Source: Carcharhinus longimanus
Lineage: Eukaryota
DNA length: 64,000 nt
Direction of reading: 5' to 3'
Assembly: GCA_030264375.1 (NCBI GenBank)
Contig: JASCQW010000146.1
Span: forward strand, 31,998,606 to 32,062,605
Part shown: piece by piece, positions 49,720 through 61,394 of the stretch
Position numbering within the stretch: the stretch's first letter is position 1
How the letters are laid out: every line of letters starts with the position of its first letter
The notes under the pieces: model-generated
The model's input: the letters and a program-made list of their open reading frames with translations, nothing else
Told to the model about the DNA's origin: nothing
Database searches by the model: none
Translations under genes and position numbers: made by a program

Positions 49720-51560
49720 TCTGCCTTTTGAATTGACTGTCCTCTTCCCCTCCTTAATCCAAAACTCCATATTCACAATCACCTCTTGACCTTGTCACCC
49801 CATATGGTTCGCTTACCTCATCTATCACAGGTAAGGCCAGCGTTGATCACTTCATACTGGTGAAATCCAACAACATCTCCTTCCTCATCCAAACTTACTC
49901 CTGGGTTCAGTAAAAAGTCTCACAACACCAGGTTAGAGTCCAACAGGTTTATTTGGTAGCATGAGTTTTCGGAGCACTGTCCCTTCATCAGATGAGCATC
50001 TTCACATCATGGCTCCTGAATTTACCCTTGGAAAAAATTTCTCCCCAGCTTCACTCATGATTGCACTTTCAAAATCCTAACTGCCTCATCTTTAGTCGTC
50101 TGTTCACCACAATTGTTCCGCAATCATCAATGTGCTCCAACAATTGTGTTTGATCCTCTGATTCCCATTAATTTCTCTGACACTGACTGTTTCCCTTTTA
50201 TGGCTTCCATCTCTGCTCCCATAAGTTAAAGGCACACAGATGTGACAGAAACTGGGTTAGCCATTCACTGTCAGATCTCATTCAACCACATAAAGATTGA
50301 ACCTTTCCTGCCTTACCTGCCAAATCTGCTCACTATTCCAGGATTATCCTGGAAAGCAAGAAAAACTTCTTGTTTGTTTTCTTCTCAACTGCAAAGCATT
50401 GGCTTAAACGACTCCCCTCTATTTTCCCCACCCTCACCTCCAGTAAGTCTGAAGAGTTCAGAGCTTCTTTGTCACTCAGACTAAGACCACCTCTTCAGCT
50501 GACTCCCCCACTTTCCTTTCTTTCTCTTGAATGTCAGGACAAACATCCCTTGAAGTTTCCACCTAATTGCATATTGCTCTGCAGTTCCACTTCTTCCTTT
50601 CCTCATGTCATCTTATAGGACCCACATTTTCCTCCCTCAAACCTGTTCCCAAAAAGCCACTGATGAACCAACTTCCCCATTGTTAACTTTTTTGATTTGA
50701 TTTGATCTACTGTTGTCATATGCATCGGTATATAGTAAAAAGCATTGTTTCTTGCATGCTACACAAAGCATACCATACATAGAGAAGGAAAGGAGAGAAT
50801 GCGGAATGTACTGTTACAGTCATAGCTAGGGTGTAGCAAAAGATCAACTTAGTGAGAGGTAGGTCCATTCAAAAGTCTGATGGCAGCAGGGAAAAAGCTG
50901 TTCTTGAGTCGGTTGGTACATGACATCAAGGTTTTTTTTTAGCTTTTTCCCGATGGAAGAAGGTGGAAGAAGATACATCCAAGGTGCATGGAGTCCTCGA
51001 TTATGCTGGCTGCTTTTCCGAGGCAGTGGGAAGTGTAGACAGAGTCAATGGGTGGGAGGCTGGTTTGTGTGATGGACTGAGCATTCTTTTTCCTCGGACA
51101 GTGTTCCCCTTTCTTTCAAATCTGCTCAAAAAAAACAGCTTTTACCTCTTCATTATTTCAAATTGTCACCTCATCTTCCACCTCCTTTCCTTTCCTCCTA
51201 TCCTTGCCAGAACCAGATTAATTCTCATCAAAGACCCAACTGATATCCAATAATACGGTGACAAAGGTACATTATTTCTCCTTAGCATTCTCGACCTGCC
51301 TACAGCCTTTGACATGGTTAACCACTCTATCCTCAAATAATACATTTCCACCGTCATCCAGCAGAACAGAACTGCTTTCACGTAGCTCCATTCTTATCGA
51401 TCTAATTGTAGCTATAGACCTTGGTGAATTCTCTTCCCGCTCCTGTACTCTTACCTTTAATAACCCCCAAAGATCTATCTTTGCCCCACACCCCCCGCAT
51501 CTAACCCACTGAACTTGCATCGACATGTTGCCCCCTCAGCAACATCATCTGCAAACAGTT
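49720..51560 (+). mobile_element. old L2 LINE fragments with nested Penelope pLTR (49911-50010) and Rex1 (50693-51080, minus)
   Basis: LIK...DI....DKG......ILDL..AFD.V.H.IL RT motif at 51220-51340. Confidence 0.7.
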
Positions 51561-51755
51561 TAGAGTTTATTTGTGTCACAAGTAGGCTTATATTAACACT
51601 GCAATGAAGTTACTGTGAACATCCCCGAGTCACCACACTATGGCGCCTGTTCGGGTATTCTGATGGATAATTTAGCATGGCTATTGCACCTAATCAGCAC
51701 ACTTTTTGGACTATGGGAGGAAACCCACGCACGGGGAGAAAGTGCAGACTCTATA
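51560..51755 (-). mobile_element. HE1-type SINE, tail type B (partial)
   Basis: Reverse tail and partial V-domain. Confidence 0.85.
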
Positions 51756-51760
51756 CAATA

Positions 51761-51948
51761 AAAAGTCTCACAACACCAGATGACAGTCCACCAGGTTTAT
51801 CTCGTGTCATGAGATTTCGGAGCGCTGCTCCTTCATCAGGTGAGTGGGCAGGGCAGTGGGCCACTCACTGATGAAGGAGCAGTGCTCGAAAAACTCGTAA
51901 TACCAAATAAACCTGTTGGACTTTAACCTGGTGTTGTGAGAATTCTTA
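51761..51948. mobile_element. complete inverted pair of family A pLTR units with two hammerhead cores
   Basis: Arms 51761-51847 and 51861-51948 are reverse complements. Confidence 0.85.
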
Positions 51949-51949
51949 T

Positions 51950-52725
51950 GACTCTCTGCTTTCTATGCCCAAGCCAGTTTTGTATTCATCTTACCAGCCC
52001 ACCTTAGATTCCATATGGCTTCACCTTCTGTATCAGCCTGCCATGAGGAACCTTATCGAAGGCTTTACTAAAATTCCATGTATACAACATTCACTGCCCT
52101 GTCCTGGTCAATTTTTCTTGTCACTTCCTCAAAGAACTTGATCAATTTTGAGAGAGACAACCTCCGCTTCACAAAACCATGCTGCCTATCACTAATCTAT
52201 TCTCTTCTGGATTCTCTCCCTAAGAACATTCTCCAATAATTTCTTCACCACTGATGTAAGGCTCACAGGTCTGTCATTTCCCGGATTGCCTCTTCTGCCC
52301 TTCTTAAACAGGGGAATCATATTAACTAAAAGAGAAAATGCCGAAAAATCTCAGCAGTCTGGCAGCATCTGTAGGAAGAGAAAAGAGCCAACGTTTCTGA
52401 GTCCAGATGACCCTTTGTCAAAGCTCACCAGTTTCAGAATCCAGTATCCACAGTAATTTACTTTCATTTTTTGGATAATGTTAGCTACTCGCCCATGACT
52501 AAAGAGGATATAAAGATTTTGGCTAAGGCTTCAGCAATGTCTTCTCTTGCCTCTCTCAGTATTCTGGGATAGACCCTATCTGGCCCTGTGGACTTGTCCG
52601 CCTTAACGTTTTTCAAAACTGTCAATACCTCCTTTTTTTTAATCAGAACATGTCCTGAAATGTCAACATCCTCCTTTCTGCACTCACCACCCACCATATT
52701 CTTCACCTTTGTGAATACTGATGGG
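51950..52725 (-). mobile_element. CR1 LINE RT fragment with nested family B unit (52327-52480)
   Basis: EVLTVLKNVKADKSTGPDRVYPRILREAREDIAEALAKIF. Confidence 0.9.
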
Positions 52726-53182
52726 TGACTTTAGTGGTAGTTATTATGGGTGCAGACTCAATGGGCTGAAGGGCCTTTTCTATGCTGTATGACTCTATTG
52801 CCAGAATTCTACCACCCTGCCTGTCATAGAATCAGTGTGGGCGAAAATATCCTTGCCCTTGGGTGGGATTTTCCGATCCATCAAGCAAGGCCATCAAATC
52901 CTGCCCAATGACTCTGATTCAATGGCTCCTAGCCTTGGTATGACATTAGACCTGGAAATGAACTTTTAACCACATGCCCTCACCACCACTATGGTTGCCT
53001 GTTGCTATCTCAGCAACCTCTGCAGCTCAAATCCTTATTCATGGAGTACTTATCCAGAGTACTCAAAGTATTCCTCCGCTTTCTTCCTCATTTCGCTTTC
53101 TGTAAATTGAGGTTGCCCAAAACTCTGCTGTCTTAATTTGCAAGAAATGCCATTAACCTCCAACTTAGAGTCCATTCAACAA

Positions 53183-53403
53183 CAAGTAGTCTCACAATAC
53201 CGGGTTAATGTCCAACAGGTTTATTTGGTAGCACAAGCTTTCGGAGTCCTGCTCCTTCATCAGGTAAGTGGGAGTTGGATTCACAAACAAGGCATTAAAA
53301 GACACAAACTCCATTACAAGATAACGGTTGTTGGACTTTAACCTGATATTATGAGACTACTTATTGTGCCTACCCTAATCCAACACCAGCAACTTCACAT
53401 CAT
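53183..53403. mobile_element. Penelope pLTR-derived inverted unit (family A)
   Basis: agtagtctcacaatacc / tgatattatgagactact ends. Confidence 0.8.
53232..53266 (-). ncRNA. minimal type I hammerhead ribozyme motif (family A), core intact
   Basis: UAC-CUGAUGA-A-GGAG-cagga-CUCC-GAA-AGCU-U-GUG. Confidence 0.75.
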
Positions 53404-53739
53404 TCAACAACGTGGAATGTTTTCAAGAAATTTTACTGAGAGATTAATCAGTTCAGTGATTTTTAATTAATGGCTGTTTGAGGACAACTTCAACAATGCA
53501 CCTTATAGGGAAGCAAGGAATTAATAGCATATTTTGTATTTCCACGTTTAACTGAACACATGTAGATTCCACTGTTGCTCTAAGTTTGCAAGCAGCAATG
53601 GCAGCAAATATGCATTGCTTCATTGTCATTATTACAGAAAATTCAGGCCATAAATACCTTTTTTTAATCACAATAAAGTTCACTTGTGAACTGAACAGAT
53701 TTAAATATCAGCACAAATATTTCAACATTGCATAAAAGT

Positions 53740-53878
53740 TTCAAGTTTATTTGTTAGCGCCACACGTAGGCTTACACTACAATGAAATTACTGTGAAAAT
53801 CCTTTAGTTGCCACACGCTGGTGCATGTTCGGGTACAATGAGGGAGAATTTAGCATGGCCAAAGCACATCTTTCAGAC
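53740..53878 (-). mobile_element. HE1-type SINE tail B fragment
   Basis: Reverse tail. Confidence 0.8.
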
Positions 53879-54130
53879 AGATTTTCCAATTTTTCTTTTG
53901 TATGTGTGCAGATAATTGATAGTGCATTGCGAATGCCTGAAGTGCAGTGGTGACACGTAGCTGGTAAGATAGAGCTGTGTCTAATGAGTCGTGTCCCTTA
54001 AAAGCCACTGCCCCTCAAGTACTCCCTCTGGAAGTGATCTCGATTGGGAAAGTCAGCAAAGCATATCTGCTTAGAAACTGCATGGTAATTTAATGGTCAA
54101 GTGTAGCTATTTGTAAATTTCTTCCTCCAG

Positions 54131-54237
54131 GTTACGTGAATGGGTCTGATGTTCTTTTTCTTGGAAAAAAGATCACCTCATGTCTGTAACAAAGTGCGAG
54201 AGCCAAGACACCGCTACGTGTGCTGCTACTATTTACT
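54131..54237 (+). pseudogene. candidate decayed exon, 107 nt (phase 1->0)
   Basis: tttcttcctccag| and ACT|GTGAGC; (G)YVNGSDVLFLGKKITSCL*QSARAKTPLRVLLLFT. Confidence 0.5.
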
Positions 54238-54479
54238 GTGAGCTGTAAATTATGGGGTGGCAGGGGGGAGTGGGGGAGGTGGAGGCAGAGGTGGGGGGAG
54301 TGAGGCGTTGGTGGGGGTAAGAGAGTGGGAAGAGAAAAATGGTTTGCGAGCAGCCAGTATTTCGAGTGAAAACATTTGGAAAAAAGGTTCAAAGCATTCT
54401 AAACATGAACAAGCACACATGCAAAAATAATGGATAGGGAAAGACCAGATGGTGGATTAGATCTGTCCACATACAATTT

Positions 54480-54850
54480 TCTTCCCCCATTCACAGGATC
54501 TGGGCATCACTGGCAAAAGTCAGTAATTACTGCCCAATCTGAGAAGGTAAGGATGGACTATATCTATTATTTGATACAATCAAATGGCTTGCTAGGCCAC
54601 TTCAGCAGATAGCTCAGAGTCGAATCATACTTGAGTGTGACTGGAATCAAAAATAGGCCACTGTGGTTAAGGGCAAGTTTCCTTCCCTGAAGGGCATCAG
54701 GGAAATAGTGTTGATTTCTGAAATTCAATTTGTTCTGCAACCAGTGACTAAATTCAAAATCTCAAGCTGTCATGAAGGGATTGGAAAGAATGTCCTGAGG
54801 ATTATTCATCCCAACCCATTGCATAACCATTAGACTGCTAATAATGCCAT
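54480..54850 (-). mobile_element. tRNA-derived SINE family 2 (old copy)
   Basis: Degenerate reverse match to 23583. Confidence 0.55.
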
Positions 54851-55069
54851 CGCAAAACATTCTTCCTCGTTATCGTCTTGGAGAAGTAAACAAAGCAAAG
54901 CAAAAATTCTTGATCCAGTTTGCAAAAGTAAATGGGAGAAAGTCTTCTACTTTCCCTGAAGGTGATCAAAATAAGTTCCAGAAGACAATAATAACCATAA
55001 GATGCATCACACAATAGCTCATCTACCTTTGTATCAGCTACAAACTTTCATTCAGATTACTTCCTGATA

Positions 55070-56470
55070 TATTTCTGAATCCAACTTCCCCCCATATCCT
55101 TTGATCCCTTTAGCCCCAAGAGCTTTATTTAATTCCTTCTTGAAATCACACAACGTTTTGGCTTCAATTATTTTCTGTGGTAGCAAAATCCACAGATTCA
55201 TCACTCTCTGGATGAAGAAATTTCTCCTCACCTCAGTCCTAAAATTCTCTTCCCTCAAACTATGACCCCTAGTTCTGGATTTCCCTATCATCAGGAACAT
55301 TCTTTCTGGATCTATCCTGTCTAATCCTGTTAGAATTTTATAAGTTTCTATGAGATCCTCTCTCAATCTTCAAAAATCCAATTAATATAATCCTAACCAA
55401 CTTAATCTCTCCTCGTATCACAGCCCTACCGTACCAGGAATTAGCATGGCAAACCTTCACTGCACTAACTCGATAGCAAGAACATGCTTCCTCAGATAAG
55501 GACACCAAAACTGTACATAATACTCCAGCTGTTGCCTCAGCAACACCCTGTACAATTGCAGTAAACCATCCCTATTCCTATGTTAAAATCCTCTCACTGT
55601 GAAGGTCAAAATACCATTTGTCTTCTTTACTGCCTGCTGCATCTGTGTACTTACTTTCAGTGATTGATGCGTGAGGACACCAAGGAACCCATCTCTCTCT
55701 TTGTACACCTAAACAATAATCGGCCTTCCTATTTTTGCTACTGAAGTGGATAACTCACATTTATCCACATTTTACTGCATCTTCCTTACATATGCCCACA
55801 CACGCAGCCTATCTAAATCATGCTGAATCATCTGTGCATTCTCCACATAGCTCACTCTCCCAACTATCTACAAATTTGGAGATAATACATTTAATTCCCT
55901 GGTCCAAATCATTAACATATAATATGAACAGTTGGGGTCTGAGCACAGATCCCTGTGGTATCCTACTAGTTACTGCCTGACAATTGAAAAAAGGTCCATT
56001 TGTGCCAACTCTTTGCTTCCTATCTGCTAACCAGCTTTCATCCATCTCAAGACATGACCTGCAATCCCAGTAGGCTTCAATGTGAGACCTTGTCAAAAGC
56101 CTTCTGAAAGTCTAAATAAATCACACCCACCAGTTCTCCCTGTTCCTTTTAATTACATCCTCAAAGAATACCAATAGATTTGTCAAGCATGATATCTCTT
56201 TTGTAAATCCGTGCTAACTTTGTCTGATGAGACCACCATTTTTCAAATGTTGTGCTATGAAATCCTTGATAATGGACTCTAGCAACTTCCTGACTACCGA
56301 CATTAGGCTCACTGGTCTATAGTTCCTTGTTTTCTCTCTAACCTCCCTTTTTGAATAGTGGGCTTGTATTAGCTACCCTCCAACCTGTCGGAACCAGTCC
56401 AGAGAACAAAGAATTTTGGAAAATAACCAAAGGACATAGTATTTCCAGTGCCACTTCATTACGTACCTTA
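55070..56470 (-). mobile_element. CR1 LINE fragment (RT to 3' end)
   Basis: WLADRKQRVG...VTSRIPQGSVLRPQLFILYVNDLD...ISKFVD; REDLIETYKILTGLDRID. Confidence 0.92.
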
Positions 56471-57064
56471 AGGTGAGATAGGCTATTGAGTTGGATGATC
56501 AGCCATTATCATAATGAATGGTAAGGCAGGCTCGAAGGGCCAAGTGGCCTCTTCCTGCTCCTATTTTCTATGTGAACTAGGGTACCTTAATCCATAAACC
56601 TTGTAAATTCAACCTGTGTCGGAACACATAGCCTTCTTTTCCAGAAGCCTCTAGGGCTCTTTAATGGCTGTAACAATCATTGCCTTTAAATTAATTTATA
56701 ATAATAGGCCCATACCCACTTGCTGTTTTTTTTTAATTATGGCACCAGAGACCAGATAAGCAGAGGGTTCAATGAGCACAAGGCCATTTGTTTCAAGACC
56801 CCTACAGGATTCACTTTGATATTGATAACTTGAGTTAATTGCACATTGCACTAAAGGTACCCATAAGTAAACAATTGAATGAGGTACAGTAGACTTCTGA
56901 AACCGCAACAATGTCCTGGCAGTTCAGCTGAATCTGCTACACCATGTACTTCAACAGTCCCATGCAATCCTGCATAGCAGTGATCCTTTATATGGTTAAA
57001 AGAAAAACAATTTTGCTATTGCGGTTGCAGTTATCCACAATCTTCTTCTCCAATGACCCTTTGG

Positions 57065-57126
57065 CTCCAGTGATAACAGCTTTTACGACTTGCAGCTGGA
57101 CTGATTACCTATTGTTCTCCTGAGAG
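57065..57126 (+). ncRNA. candidate box C/D snoRNA remnant
   Basis: ctc..GTGATAA (C-like)...CTGA (D) gag terminal stem, about 140 nt upstream of rpl23a exon acceptor. Confidence 0.35.
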
Positions 57127-57265
57127 ATATTTTTTGTCTCCAAAGGTGTTTTTGCTAACGTCTGACTTGTCACATATGGCCAATTTAACCACATTTTGTT
57201 TGTTTCATCATCTATTTGACCATCTCTTGCCTCCTGTGACAGCAATACTTCTAAAAGTTGTTTAG

Positions 57266-57442
57266 TTTTGTCCCTGCCAAAACTGAGGCTAAATCTAAGG
57301 CCTTGAAAGCAAAGAAAGGTATTTTGAAGGGAGTTCATAGTCCCAGGCAGAAGAAAATTAGGACAATATCTACCTTCAAGAGACCAAAGACACCCAGACT
57401 AAGGAGACAGTCCAAGCGCCCCAGAAAGAGTGCCCCCAAGAG
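57266..57442 (+). pseudogene. rpl23a: ribosomal protein L23a (uL23) pseudogene fragment, single exon
   Basis: [57 protein letters not shown] aligns with the RPL23A N-terminal domain; no ATG exon; cut by SINE. Confidence 0.9.
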
Positions 57443-57723
57443 TTTAAGTTAATTTATTAATTTGTGTCACAAGTAGACTTACATTAACACTACAATGAAG
57501 TTATTATGAAAATTCCCTGGTCGCCACACTCCGGTACCTTTTGGGTACACTGAGGGAGAATTTTAGCATGGTCAAGGATATCCTTCAAACTGAGGGGGGA
57601 AACTGGAGCACCCGGAAGAAACCCACACAGACACAGGAGAATATGCAGATTCTGCACAGACAGTAACCTCCAAGCTGGGAATCGAACCCAGGTCCCTGGC
57701 GTTATGAGTCAGCTGTGCTAACT
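57443..57723 (-). mobile_element. HE1-type V-SINE, tail type B
   Basis: Reverse copy inserted in the rpl23a fragment. Confidence 0.9.
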
Positions 57724-58042
57724 GAACAATGTAATCCCAATTTTCGTTTTCATACAATGTTTGCATGCTTACGTCAGTCTTTATTATGTATTTGTTGTTA
57801 AACAAAACAATATGACTATGACTTTCCACTGGCAGATTTCCAACTTTTTGGCTGTTGCCAAATTCTCCATGCTCGCCCCTCCACCAAACCTGTGTGGAAT
57901 GGTTGGGAGAATTTCACCCTTAGTCTGCCGATTTCAGATTTTTGCTATCACTGTAGCCTTTCTGCTCTCAGATAAAGCAAGAAACAAAAAGCATTCAATT
58001 AAAATTAACACTGGACGTTTTTTCAGTATGTTGCCTTTGACT

Positions 58043-58286
58043 CACTGCCCTCAGAGCACCAGGGACCCGGGTTCAATTCCCGGCTTCGATCACTGTCTGT
58101 GTGGAGTTTGCACATGTTTGTGTGGGTTTCCTCTGTTTTCCTCCCATAGCCTGAAAGACATGTAGGTTAGGTGCATTGGCCAGGCTGAATTCTCCCTGTG
58201 TACCCGAACAGGCGAAGTGTGGCGACTGGGGGATTTTCACAATGTTTTGCAGTGTGAATTTAAGCCTCCTTGTGACTAATAAATAC
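58043..58286 (+). mobile_element. HE1-type V-SINE, tail type B
   Basis: Near-full copy. Confidence 0.9.
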
Positions 58287-58410
58287 ATTTTATATCCAAA
58301 TACAGGTAAAAATAATATGCACAGATTGAACAGGTAATTGGATGCTGATGGTTGTTATTGCTTAAGTTGGTTGAGACCAGAGTTAGTTTGAGATCTGTTA
58401 GTTGATTATC

Positions 58411-58716
58411 TTAGAATCATGGAATTGTAGGATCCTTGCAGTGTCAAAGGAGCTATTCCGCCCATTGAACCTGCACCAACAACAATCCCACCCAGACCCT
58501 ATTCCTGCAACCCCATATATTTTCCCTGTTAATCTCCCTGATACAAAGGAGCAACTTAACACACATATCTTTGCAGTGTGGGAGGAAACTGGAGCCTTGA
58601 CGGAAACACATGCAGACACAGGGAGAATGGGTAAACTCCACATGTTCCATCACCTGAGTCCAGAATTGAACCCCAGTCCCTGGCGCTGTGAGGCAGCAGT
58701 GCTAACCACTGTGCTG
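58411..58716 (-). mobile_element. HE1-type V-SINE, tail type A
   Basis: Full reverse copy. Confidence 0.9.
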
Positions 58717-59015
58717 TAACTATAAACTTTACTATCTCGTCTGCAACTATAAGCTTTAGAGATAAAGGTTTTGTGTGGCTGCGTCTTACACCACCTCTAC
58801 TAATTCCAGCTTGTGCAGTGATCACGCTGTAAGCCAGCTTCACTGTCTCAGTGCAGTACGTAAATGAGAAATGGGTTCAGTCTTTAAAAAATGACAACAT
58901 TCTGTACCTGGGGACAAGACAGCTTCAACTATTCGATTTTAAGCAATCCTGAATAATGATAATGTGTAAGGGAAAACATCACTCACTTCCTGTTATTGTA
59001 CAATTAAAATCACAG

Positions 59016-59330
59016 AGTTAGAAGACTTATCAATGTTGTCAAATTGAAGCACATCACACAAAGGAAGCAAGAAAGGGAAAACAAAAAGGCACCAGAACAA
59101 AAAAATGGAACAGCGACATCGATCAATTATCAGAGAAAGATAGAAGACCTATCAAGAAAGTAGCAACAGGAATAAGGAGACCATGCTGGGCAACTGATTG
59201 AGTCACTCTATGCTACGATGCAAGAGTGCAACATTGAGCTGATCTGCAGTCACCTGGGGGTTTGGCACCAACTGGAAACAGAACACATCTCGCAGTGGGA
59301 AGATGAAGAAGTCACAACGTGCTGCTTTGA
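59016..59330 (+). pseudogene. candidate decayed exon (phase 1 start)
   Basis: Purine-rich (E)LEDLSMLSN*STSHKGSKKGKTKRHQNKKMEQRHRSIIRER*KTYQESSNRNKE; weak acceptor. Confidence 0.3.
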
Positions 59331-60132
59331 CAATCTTCTAATCGTCTTGTTTTTTTAAACAGCAATATCAAAAGAAGTCCACTTCCTTTGCCAGAATAAT
59401 GGTGTGTTGCACGAGATGAATGGTGGCAGCATGGGTGAAGGGTGGGTGTCAGCGTGGGTGGAGTTTGGGAAAAGGATTCCATGAAAACCTACATGCTCAG
59501 ATTCATCACACAACATGGATACTCATCACTTTGGCTCAATTGGCAGTCTTCTTATTTTTTAATCAGAAGATTATGGGTGGGAATTTTTGCAACCTTGCCC
59601 CTCCACACTGCGCAGCTGGTTTTCCAATGGCAGAGGCAACTCGCCACTGGCTGCCTGTTTATGCCTATGGCGTTTTGTGTGGCATGCCCGCCCCACCATT
59701 TGGGGGGATTTGGGGGGTTTTTGGGGGGNNNNNNNNNNNNNNNNNNNNNNNNNNNNNNNNNNNNNNNNNNNNNNNNNNNNNNNNNNNNNNNNNNNNNNNN
59801 NNNNNNNNNNNNNNNNNNNNNNNNNNNNGTGGTGGTTGGTGGTTGTCACAGAGCTGGAAGATCTTGCCAGAGAGAAGGGCCAGAAAATTCTGCCCCACGG
59901 ATCCTCCAGAGATGTGAATATGGGCTGATGTTTCAGTGTGCTACTGAAGCGCTGCTGCATTGCCAAAGGTGCTGTCCTTCCAATAAATGCATCATTTGAG
60001 AAAGTAGAGAACTGTTGATCTGTCCACCATTCTTCCCACATCGAGTACCATAAATGAAGCAGATTTGTTTGTTCAGTGTGCTGAATTTAAATGAATGCTG
60101 AAGCATTTGATTACATCTGAGAAATGAAGTAT

Positions 60133-60428
60133 AAAGTTCATTTGTTAGTGTCACAAGTAGGCTCACATTAACACCGCAATTAAGTTGCTGTGAAAATCTC
60201 CCAGTTGTCACAGTCCAGCGCCTGCTTGTGTACATTGAGGGAGAATTTACCGTGGCCAGGCACCTAACCAGCACATCTTTCAGACTGTGGGAGGAAACTG
60301 GAGCACCCAGAAGAAACCCACGCAGGTACGGGGAGAACATGCAGACTCCGCACAGACAGTGACCCAAGCCAGGAATTGAACTCGGGTCCTTGGTGCTATG
60401 AGGCAGCAGTGCTCACCACTGTCCCGCT
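60133..60428 (-). mobile_element. HE1-type V-SINE, tail type B
   Basis: Full reverse copy. Confidence 0.92.
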
Positions 60429-61066
60429 ATATATTACCCATGAACAGTTTTTGTGACATTTTGAGGAGATGGAAGGCATTATATAAGTGCAAACATGTTT
60501 TTCTTTTCCTTAGCATGGAAGGTGCAGTCTGCTTAAGAATCTGAAAATGGGCATGTTCCTTAATCTTCAGTGTGACCAGTCATGATGTATACAAAGAAAG
60601 GGAAAATGCAGAGCATGACACAGCAAGGATAAATCTTTAAAAATGGAAACAAATTGCTCTAAAATACCAGCGAAAGTACTCTCTTTCCTCTACACACTAA
60701 AAAGGTTGTCGCAAATTGAAGGTAGCCTTTCAGCAAGTATGAGGGTCCAAGACTAGAGGGGAAAGATGCATTTTGAAGAGGAATCAATGAATGATTGTAA
60801 AAGATTGGGAATATTTCAATTTTGTACTTTAAGGTTAGAATTCCTTGATCCTGAAGGCCACCATACAAGTAGTGCACAGATTTTCAGTGTTTCTGACTGC
60901 AAATACACAGGTAATTCTAGATTTTGATATTTTGCAGCTGTTGCCCGGAATGCAGATATGTCTCCGACCGCCCAAGTAGAACATAAAGTTACCATCATTA
61001 AGATTCAAAGTGATCCATTGGTTTGTGGTTTGGCTTCTGTTTTAAATTATTTGGATTTCTCTTCAG

Positions 61067-61134
61067 ATAATTTATGACCTATTCTCGGGTGGGAAGGTTT
61101 CACACCACTTATGAGTGATCTAGATCCAACTCAG
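61067..61134 (+). pseudogene. candidate decayed exon, 68 nt (phase 1->0)
   Basis: atttctcttcag| and CAG|GTACGT; (D)NL*PILGWEGFTPLMSDLDPTQ; stops in all three frames. Confidence 0.55.
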
Positions 61135-61394
61135 GTACGTTCCTTCAAAACCTCCTTTGCTTGCACTATGGTACATTCCAAATGTTTCAGTACATCTTGT
61201 ATTCCACTGCTGCTTCTCATCTCTTGCACATGACTGTTAATATCACTGTTACATCATGGTACACTTCACTATCTCATTGACATTAACTATTGACCTGCAT
61301 CGCACCCGAGTTAAACTTCAATATTTTAAATAGCTATTTTCTTCAACTGCTTACATGACATTTTCAACCTTTTGTAAACTTCCTGTACTGTTAG

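Noticed and set aside
57258-57452. Functional rpl23a gene
   Set aside because: No start exon or downstream exons recognised, many substitutions at conserved residues, SINE inserted in the exon
2360-60367. Recurrent ORFs such as CGVCTFSPCLRGFPPGAPVSSHSPK and N-spanning ORFs
   Set aside because: Translations of HE1 SINE bodies or artefacts of assembly gaps
61067-61134. In-frame TGA as selenocysteine
   Set aside because: Other exons have TAA/TAG stops and frameshifts, and no SECIS was recognised; decay is simpler
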